A stretch of 64,000 nt of DNA, from contig NZ_LR882967.1 in the NCBI RefSeq assembly GCF_904830925.1, positions 3,298,106 to 3,362,105 of the forward strand, given 5' to 3'. This document shows positions 11,301 to 17,253 of this stretch, piece by piece (position 1 is the first letter of the stretch; each line of letters begins with the position of its first letter). The stretch comes from Planktothrix pseudagardhii (GTDB lineage: Bacteria > Cyanobacteriota > Cyanobacteriia > Cyanobacteriales > Microcoleaceae). The translations under genes and the position numbers were made by a program. The notes beneath the pieces are model-generated. The model made no database searches and was not told the DNA's origin. It saw only the letters and a program-made list of their open reading frames with translations.

Positions 11301-11363
11301 TTAGCCACTTTAATCGGTGTTCCTGCTAACTCAATTACCGCTAATTCTTTTACCCTTAATTAA
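1638..11363 (+). CDS. Giant secreted repeat adhesin, continuation after the IS (about 3240 aa in the window). Domains in order: VCBS-like tandem repeats, FG-GAP propeller, cadherin-like and dystroglycan-type Ig-like domains, parallel beta-helix region, Gly-rich region, C-terminal RTX calcium-binding repeats.
   Basis: One continuous ORF. The ORF track starts it at an internal TTG at 1662, but the frame is open from 1638. The domain order is read directly from the translation. The C-terminal GGxGxDxLx nonapeptides (about 18) and the non-repeat tail are typical of T1SS substrates. Confidence 0.8.
   Translation: [3241 protein letters not shown]
5440..6535 (+). repeat. Seven FG-GAP repeats of about 53 aa each, predicted to form a 7-bladed integrin-alpha-like beta-propeller.
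   Basis: There are seven copies of ...[27 protein letters not shown]...[18 protein letters not shown]..., each with the Ca-binding-like DxDxDG signature (DFDKDGDTD). Confidence 0.8.
6886..7843 (+). repeat. Two nearly identical copies (about 320 bp each; 6886-7210 and 7519-7843) of a cadherin-like domain. A dystroglycan-type putative Ig domain lies between them.
   Basis: The sequence ACCCTAACCGTTAACGAAGACAACAACTACACCTTTACGACGGCGGACTTCGG...CAACTGAATGGCACTGCTGTT is identical at about 6899 and about 7532. The protein reads [49 protein letters not shown]...FKFTVNDG. The interdomain [30 protein letters not shown] is a He_PIG/CADG-type motif. Confidence 0.7.
8690..9075 (+). repeat. GGC-rich, low-complexity region of about 390 bp encoding GG-x-GG-x glycine repeats. 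Local GC far exceeds the 40% background.
   Basis: The DNA is GGCGGCNNNGGCGGC 15-nt units encoding [29 protein letters not shown].... Antisense frames translate as PPLPP artefacts. Confidence 0.8.
10640..11150 (+). repeat. RTX (hemolysin-type) calcium-binding nonapeptide repeats.
   Basis: The translation reads [73 protein letters not shown]..., with GGxGxDxLx periodicity. Confidence 0.8.
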
Positions 11364-11374
11364 CGAAGAAATCC

Positions 11375-11425
11375 CGAAACCCGGTTTCTTCAAGAAATCG
11401 GGTTTCTTTAACAATTCCTAACAAC
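11375..11425 (+). terminator. Candidate rho-independent terminator after the adhesin gene.
   Basis: The GAAACCCG...CGGGTTTC inverted repeat is followed by a T-rich run (TTTCTTTAAC). It starts 12 nt after the stop codon. Confidence 0.4.
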
Positions 11426-11439
11426 TTCAACATTTTTTT

Positions 11440-12261
11440 ATGCTCCATCATCGTTACCTTTATTTAACCGGACTTCCTTGCTCTGGGATGTTTTTTGTTA
11501 GTCAACTGTTAGCCCAACATCCTGAAATTAATAGTAATTATTTGCGATCGCCTCTTTGTGACTTACTGCTGAACTTTCGCAACTTTTTGACCACTAACCC
11601 CGAATTAATTAACCAATTAAATCAGGATTTTAAGGGGACAATGGAGCGATCACTCTTAGGAATGAGAGGGTTTATCAACGGATGGTCTGAACCGATCTCT
11701 CAACCTTGGATTGTTGATTTTCATCCCCAATGGTTGGAGCATTTAGAGTTAGTTAATTTAATTGATCCTGATTTTAAAATGGTTATTTTTGTCAGAGAAT
11801 TAGGTCAAATCTATGGTGCGATAGAAACACAACATCAAAAAACATTACTATTAGATTTTCCTGATAAATTAGCTTCTATTTCACGAGTAGAACGCGCTCA
11901 AAAATTATTTATTCCTCCAGGGATTATCGGTTCAAGTCTCAAGGCTTTAGAACAAATTCAAGACTTAGAAATTAGTTTACAGGAACGATTATTTTATGTC
12001 GTTTACGAGCATTTAATGACGAATCCTCAAGAAGTCTTAACAGAATTATTCAGTTGGTTAAACCTCCAACCCATTACACCGAATTTAACCTTAATTAATT
12101 TTGAATTATCTAATTATTCCCAGTCTTTTGGTAAATATGTCGAAGAACCCTATAATCCCCATCAGCCATTAGTGAATTATCTGCTACCCAAACGTTTTGA
12201 AACCACAATTCAACAGAATTTTACTTGGTTTTATCAAACGTTTTACCCCGGTTTATTGTAA
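11440..12261 (+). CDS. Sulfotransferase-family-like protein with divergent PAPS-binding motifs.
   Basis: The N-terminal LTGLPCSGMFFVSQLLAQHPEI resembles the 5'-PSB loop (PKSGTT-like) of sulfotransferases. A later IFVRELGQIYGAIET resembles the 3'-PB RDPRD..S motif. The assignment is tentative. Confidence 0.4.
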   Translation: MLHHRYLYLTGLPCSGMFFVSQLLAQHPEINSNYLRSPLCDLLLNFRNFLTTNPELINQLNQDFKGTMERSLLGMRGFINGWSEPISQPWIVDFHPQWLEHLELVNLIDPDFKMVIFVRELGQIYGAIETQHQKTLLLDFPDKLASISRVERAQKLFIPPGIIGSSLKALEQIQDLEISLQERLFYVVYEHLMTNPQEVLTELFSWLNLQPITPNLTLINFELSNYSQSFGKYVEEPYNPHQPLVNYLLPKRFETTIQQNFTWFYQTFYPGLL

Positions 12262-12299
12262 TTCTCTATGTTTTGTTAACTATTCCCTGCTATAACCCT

Positions 12300-13040
12300 A
12301 TGACTTTAAATCCTCTCATTCTGCATCAAGGATGTTCTCTAACCCTCAAACGCACAACTCCCGATGATGCTATTTTTCTATTTGAAAAAATGTATTCTTG
12401 TTATGAATTTATGCGTTTATTTCGTTTGAATGATACAGCAGAAACCGTAGAAGAAGTTAGAGAAAAATTAATCAGAAGATCCCGTTTAACACCTGCTGAA
12501 AGTGGTTATTTAGAATGTTTAATGATTCATAAACATCATGGCATCATTGGAATTATTGCCGCCGCCGACTATAGTGCTCTCCATAAAAGGGCTGAACTGT
12601 TAATTGGAATTTTTGAAGAAAAATATCGTTCTATTTCCTATGGGATTGAAGCGGGTTTATTAATGACAGATTTAATTTTTAATGCCTATCATTTACATCG
12701 CTATTATGCCTATTGTTATGGTTATAACCATCCTGTCCATGCAGCTTTAATTACCGCAGGATTTCAATTAGAAGGAATCATGAAAGAACATTTATATGAT
12801 CCGATCGCTCAACAATATATTGATCTGCACATTTATGCTATGAATGAAACTCAGATGCGACAAAATCCTCGGATTTCTCGTTTATCTAAACGATTAGTTG
12901 GGCGTGATATTACCCAACCTTTAACAGCACCCCTTCCTCCTCCTGATGAATCAAAAATTCCGGGTCTGGGTCGTATTTCCCCATCAGAAAATCAACCTTA
13001 TTTTGCTAAATCAGGAATACTTAAACGAATAAGTTCTTAA
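12300..13040 (+). CDS. GNAT-family N-acetyltransferase (RimJ/RimL-like).
   Basis: The C-terminal ...HPVHAALITAGFQLEGIMKEHLYDP...QYIDLHIYAM is the classic GNAT motif B and C-terminal region. The in-frame ATG at 12300 is a more plausible start than the overlapping upstream start at 12225. Confidence 0.6.
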   Translation: MTLNPLILHQGCSLTLKRTTPDDAIFLFEKMYSCYEFMRLFRLNDTAETVEEVREKLIRRSRLTPAESGYLECLMIHKHHGIIGIIAAADYSALHKRAELLIGIFEEKYRSISYGIEAGLLMTDLIFNAYHLHRYYAYCYGYNHPVHAALITAGFQLEGIMKEHLYDPIAQQYIDLHIYAMNETQMRQNPRISRLSKRLVGRDITQPLTAPLPPPDESKIPGLGRISPSENQPYFAKSGILKRISS

Positions 13041-13129
13041 TTATTTTAGAGTGTTGTCGCAATTACCAACCTTAGATAGATTTTAATTCCACTCAATTTG
13101 ACTAACATCAGTAACGACGCATGAGTTCA

Positions 13130-13320
13130 AAAGTCTGACGATTAGCCCAAGGCACAACAATCCTGGTCGGTTTGTTTATCGCATTATCGATTATTATTCC
13201 TTCTTTGAAAGCGGGAGATTTAGTCCAATTATTGGGTATTAGTGGGGTAGCAATTGGGTTTGCCTTTCGAGATATTTTACAGAATTTCTTGGCAGGTATT
13301 TTAATTTTATTATTTGTAGC
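13130..13320 (+). pseudogene. Fragment of a small-conductance mechanosensitive channel (MscS) gene, pore-lining TM3 region only.
   Basis: The frame encodes ...AQGTTILVGLFIALSIIIPSLKAGDLVQLLGISGVAIGFAFRDILQNFLAGILILLFV, the MscS TM3 signature. No start or downstream beta domain is present. It is truncated where the ATPase remnant begins. Confidence 0.5.
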
Positions 13321-13626
13321 GGAGTTCTCAACCGTTTAGCCAGCACATCAATCGCTTCTGTTGTGATCAGATTTTCTAGTTGCCAAACTCGCCCGACTTT
13401 TATCCACTGACAAAGATTTGGAAACCAAAATCTTGCCACCTTTCCTCAAGGTCTCTTGTAGCCGTCGCAGCGTTAAAGTTTTGCCACAACCCACCACTCC
13501 AGACAGAGCAATCAGTTTTCCTGAAGCAATCGCTGCCTTAATTTCTTTGAACAACTGCCGCAGTTGCTCAGTTTCGTAATAACCAGCCCGTCGAAAATCC
13601 TTGACCAAGCCATAAAATTCCATCAC
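13239..13626 (-). pseudogene. Remnant of an ExeA/AAA_22-type ATPase gene (transposon-associated ATPase) with an internal deletion or frameshift.
   Basis: ORF 13348-13626 encodes the N-terminus MMEFYGL...FRRAGYYETEQL...LIALSGVVGCGKT (Walker A). ORF 13239-13439 encodes a C-terminal-like ...TTEAIDVLAKRLRTPLQI. The central ATPase core is missing. Confidence 0.5.
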
Positions 13627-13864
13627 TGAGCGTCAACATTCCCTGTCCTCTCGTCCGGTTTTAAAGTAAGCTGCTACGCAGCTTATTCTTGCCTGACTTG
13701 TTAATAAAAATGGAAACATCAGAAACATAATAGAAACATTGAAAAATTTTATTGACACTCCCAGGAAGCAGATGCCAAAATGATTCGCATCCATTAGACA
13801 TCTCCAAAATAGAAAAAAGGAGGGGTAAAAAGATGATAAAATTAAATTTTACCCCGGATTAGAG

Positions 13865-14785
13865 ATGAGTAAATTAAGAGACTATCTGGACAAGAATCCC
13901 CAGCAAGCAAAAAGGCTATTAGGGATGGAATATGAACAGATGATAGAACTCATTCAAGCTGCGGAGTTATTAGAAGAAGAAAAACGACAGGAAAAAGAAA
14001 AAACTAAAATCAGGTTGATTAAAGCAGGTGGGGGTCGTCGGCAGAAATTATCTGTGGAGGAACAAATCTTACTGACTCTAATTTATCTGCATCAAATGCC
14101 GACATTTCAAATGTTAGGGTTACAGTTTGAAGTCAGTGAATCAACAGCGAATGATATTTTCCATAACTGGATAAAAATCTTGAGAGAATTACTACCAGCG
14201 AGTTTGCTAGAGCAAGTAAAAAAAAACGAGAGTGATTGGGAGTGGGTAGAAAAAATTCTGGTGGAATTTGAGTTAGTAGTAGATAGCTATGAACAGCCCA
14301 GGGAAAGACCAACAGACAATGAAGAGCAGAAAAAATATTACTCAGGAAAGAAAAAGACACATACCTTTAAAAATCAAGTCATTGTCATGCCAAATGGAAA
14401 AGAAATAGTGGATGTAGCTGTGGGTTATACCGGAGCAACAAGTGATCTGAAATTGTGGAGAGAAAGAAGCCAGGAATTGGGGAATAATCAAAAATACAGA
14501 GGGGATAAAGCTTATGTAGGAGAAACAGCAATTAATACACCGTATAAGAAACCGAGGAATCAAGAGATGTCGGCGGAAAAGCGAGAAGAAAATCGGTTAA
14601 AAGCCCAACAAAGGATTGTAGTTGAACATTTAATAAGACTGATAAAAATTTATCGAGTTGCTTCAGAAAGATTTCGGTTAAAGAGGCAAAATTATGAAGC
14701 AGTAATCTTGACAGTATGTGGATTAATAAGATGGCGAATAGGAGCGATTGTATTACCATCTAAGAATTGCCCAGAATTCTTTTGA
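13865..14785 (+). CDS. IS5-family (DDE_Tnp_4 / Harbinger-like) transposase.
   Basis: The central motifs YSGKKKTHTFKNQVIV...VAVGYTGATSD...YRGDKAYVGE...NTPYKKPRNQEMSAEKREENRLKAQQRIVVEHLIRLIKIYR fit DDE_Tnp_4. A short GGGGTAAAA...TTTTACCCC inverted repeat sits just upstream (13826-13858). Confidence 0.75.
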   Translation: MSKLRDYLDKNPQQAKRLLGMEYEQMIELIQAAELLEEEKRQEKEKTKIRLIKAGGGRRQKLSVEEQILLTLIYLHQMPTFQMLGLQFEVSESTANDIFHNWIKILRELLPASLLEQVKKNESDWEWVEKILVEFELVVDSYEQPRERPTDNEEQKKYYSGKKKTHTFKNQVIVMPNGKEIVDVAVGYTGATSDLKLWRERSQELGNNQKYRGDKAYVGETAINTPYKKPRNQEMSAEKREENRLKAQQRIVVEHLIRLIKIYRVASERFRLKRQNYEAVILTVCGLIRWRIGAIVLPSKNCPEFF

Positions 14786-14830
14786 GAAATAATTGTATAT
14801 CAGAGATAAAATTCATTAGTTATTATTAAT

Positions 14831-15295
14831 GTGACTGAAAAAGCCTATGAATCCGTTACTTTTGGAGAAGCCGGCACAGGAGTGCTAGAGATTCCAAAAG
14901 TAGCGATAGAGGGCATTTGGAGATTTTCGGAGATGTCTAGTGGTGAAAGTGATCAAGTTGCATTAGCGGAAATCGGGGACTGGTTGAAGCGATGGCTAGA
15001 GGCTGTGAATATTTCTCTAACCGATAAAACCCAGTTCGAGGAAGCAACGCGCCATTTACAGTTCGCCATCTTGGTGACAGTGTTAGCGAATCGGTTAAGC
15101 TTTGTGCTTGACCACCTCAGTGCTTTAATGCGATCGCAGGTGATCGACTTTCACGACACTAGCTTATCCCTGGTCAATCGCCCACCACGAGACTATTTAG
15201 CCATTGTCCCTTCGTCACCAGTGGGCAATATCCTCGGCTTTCGATATACCAGCGATCGCCGCCTGCTGGGCAGTTATAATGATGGAAGGAGTTAG
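14831..15295 (+). CDS. Hypothetical protein, possibly a fragment.
   Basis: This is an ORF only. I recognise no motif. It lies in the IS/fragment-rich region. Confidence 0.25.
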   Translation: MTEKAYESVTFGEAGTGVLEIPKVAIEGIWRFSEMSSGESDQVALAEIGDWLKRWLEAVNISLTDKTQFEEATRHLQFAILVTVLANRLSFVLDHLSALMRSQVIDFHDTSLSLVNRPPRDYLAIVPSSPVGNILGFRYTSDRRLLGSYNDGRS

Positions 15296-15647
15296 CATTC
15301 TCGCCCTAGTTTTTTCGCCGTTAGTCATCGGAATATTCAGTAACGACACTGAAGTCATAGCAACCACTACTACCATTCTGCGTATTCATATTTTTTACCA
15401 AGCTGGCGATGCTATTTTTATGATTTACCGAGCCGCTTTGGTGGGATTAAATGATACTTTTTATGTGCGAAATATTAGTTTATTAGGCGGTTGGTTTGTA
15501 ATGATACCTGTTTCATTATTACTAACAAGCGTTATGTCTTTCGGCGTAGTAGGGGCTTGGCTTAAACTAACCCTTAATGTGTTAATCAGTGCGATATTCT
15601 ACGCAGGACGTTTTCACTTTAAATTGAGAGATAGAATAAACAATTGA
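15290..15647 (+). pseudogene. C-terminal fragment of a MATE-family efflux transporter gene.
   Basis: ...ILALVFSPLVIGIFSNDTEVIATTTTILRIHIFYQAGDAIFMIYRAALVGLNDTFYVRNISLLGGWFVMIPVSLLL... matches the last TM helices of NorM/DinF-type MATE proteins. The N-terminal two-thirds are absent. Confidence 0.6.
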
Positions 15648-15880
15648 GAAAAGTTAAAAACTGATTTTGATGTATTTTTACAAATCCTCTTTAATGTTTA
15701 TTTAAGCCGCGGGAAATTGGAATCTATTCAAAATGATAAACTGGTTGTTCAATGTCATACAATGTTCGGGATGATAACGTACCAACTTCTCAATCAGATT
15801 ATCAAATCGGTTCATACCCGGTTTTAAGGCAGAACGAGATAAACGATATAATGGCATCGGGACAGGAACCCCCTTCAAAT

Positions 15881-16999
15881 TCAGGGCTGTTTCATTTTCC
15901 CAAATTGGGGAGTCAAATTGAGTCCCCAATTTTTAGGAATGAGGCGAAAAAGTTGTCCTTCTGTTATTGATACAAAACCCCAACTTCTGAAAAGATTGAT
16001 TACCAGAGTTTTAAGAGTTGAAAAGTTGCTAGCTGCTTGAAAGTTACGAATTCGGCTTTTATCTTCTTGAAAAATTACATCTTTTACCCAATGGTATTGA
16101 TTCTCAATCCCCCAATGTCCTTTAATGATTTGAGCTAAGGTTTGAGCTTCGTTAACGGCACTACTGATATAATATACTTTTTCTTGATAGGGTTTTTTTC
16201 CTCTGTTGCCACTTCTTTCTATCTGAATCACAAGTTTCAGATGTTTCCAGCCTTTGTGAAAGTTGTTATTGACTTGATAAATGGAAACTTTTCGAGTCAC
16301 TTTTCTGCCATGGCTGTGTTCATGAGTCACATCTACACTCACAGGATTTTCACTTTTTATTACCGCTTCAACTTGCTCATATAACTTTTTTTGATTTTTC
16401 TTTAAAGCCATTATATAATCATTCCCGCTCTCAATAACTAGGGCAGCAGTTTTCTGATTACAGTGCAACGCATCAAAGGTTATTACTTTTCTTTTTAACT
16501 GGCAATCCCTTACTATCTTTTGGGCTTGGCTGATTTCTGATTCTTTTTTGTTCTCCATCTTTCTCAGGTTTAATACGCATCCTGTTCTTTGACTAAACAG
16601 TGCAACAATCATCACAAAATTTTGGGATTTATCTCCAAAATCTTTGAGAGTGCTTCTCAGGCTTTTTCCATCTACTGCTAACCAATCTAGTTCTTCTTGA
16701 TGCGGATAATTACAAGTAGCCCATTCATTAAATATCTCAATTAAATTTAACCAATCTACTCCTTGTATTACTCTTCTTATTGTTGAGTATGATGGCAGTT
16801 TTTCTAGCTTGATTTTTAAAACTTGACTCAGTTGGTATTGATTGATTTTCGCAAAATTTTCGAGTTCTCTGTACCCTAAATTTCTCGACATTAGCCCCAA
16901 AATGACTATTAATAATACTAGCCATATTGGATGCCTTGTTCCCTGGGCTTTCCGGTAATCCTTGACTTTTTTCAGTTTTTCTATTAGAGTTGTTAGCAT
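15881..16999 (-). CDS. ISAs1-family transposase (H-repeat-associated, DDE_Tnp_1 with N-terminal DDE_Tnp_1_assoc domain).
   Basis: The N-terminus KDYRKAQGTRHPIWLVLLIVILGLMSRNLGYRELENFAKIN is the ISAs1-associated domain. The DDE core includes ...LAVDGKSLRS...ITFDALHCNQK...HWGIENQYHWVKDVIFQEDKSR. Confidence 0.8.
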   Translation of the reverse strand: MLTTLIEKLKKVKDYRKAQGTRHPIWLVLLIVILGLMSRNLGYRELENFAKINQYQLSQVLKIKLEKLPSYSTIRRVIQGVDWLNLIEIFNEWATCNYPHQEELDWLAVDGKSLRSTLKDFGDKSQNFVMIVALFSQRTGCVLNLRKMENKKESEISQAQKIVRDCQLKRKVITFDALHCNQKTAALVIESGNDYIMALKKNQKKLYEQVEAVIKSENPVSVDVTHEHSHGRKVTRKVSIYQVNNNFHKGWKHLKLVIQIERSGNRGKKPYQEKVYYISSAVNEAQTLAQIIKGHWGIENQYHWVKDVIFQEDKSRIRNFQAASNFSTLKTLVINLFRSWGFVSITEGQLFRLIPKNWGLNLTPQFGKMKQP

Positions 17000-17253
17000 C
17001 TTTATTTTTACAAAAAAATCAGCGACCGCTTTTGATTTTATCAGCTAGCAATCGCTATTTCTTTACTCTTTTCCCCCCGACTTTGAAACAGCCCTGGTTC
17101 AAGTCGGGGGTGATGCCTGTTATGAAAATTATGGAGGGTGTGAGCATTTCCTCTCTAGCAGAGCTAATGCTAGAGCAATGGGCATTGGCTCTGCTCCAGT
17201 CAGCATCCCCATCCACTGAACTCGATGACAGTATGGAGGAAATCGCTCTATGA
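16990..17253 (+). pseudogene. Probable 3' remnant of an upstream biosynthetic gene cut off by the ISAs1 insertion. Its stop overlaps the NRPS start codon (ATGA).
   Basis: The ORF ends ...SISSLAELMLEQWALALLQSASPSTELDDSMEEIAL. Its TGA overlaps the ATG of the NRPS at 17250-17253. Its 5' part runs into the ISAs1 element, so only the last 65 or so codons can be native. Confidence 0.3.

Noticed and set aside
15702-15970. Two overlapping 72-75 aa ORFs on opposite strands next to the ISAs1 transposase stop.
   Set aside because: They are low-complexity, mutually overlapping and lie in the IS terminal region. They are probably not genes.
17070-17115. GGTTCAAGTC-containing hairpin that superficially resembles a tRNA T-arm.
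   Set aside because: The stem is about 11 bp (CCCCGACTTGAA/TTCAAGTCGGGG) with a 12-nt loop. There is no acceptor stem, anticodon arm or CCA context. It is more likely an IS-terminus or terminator hairpin than a tRNA.
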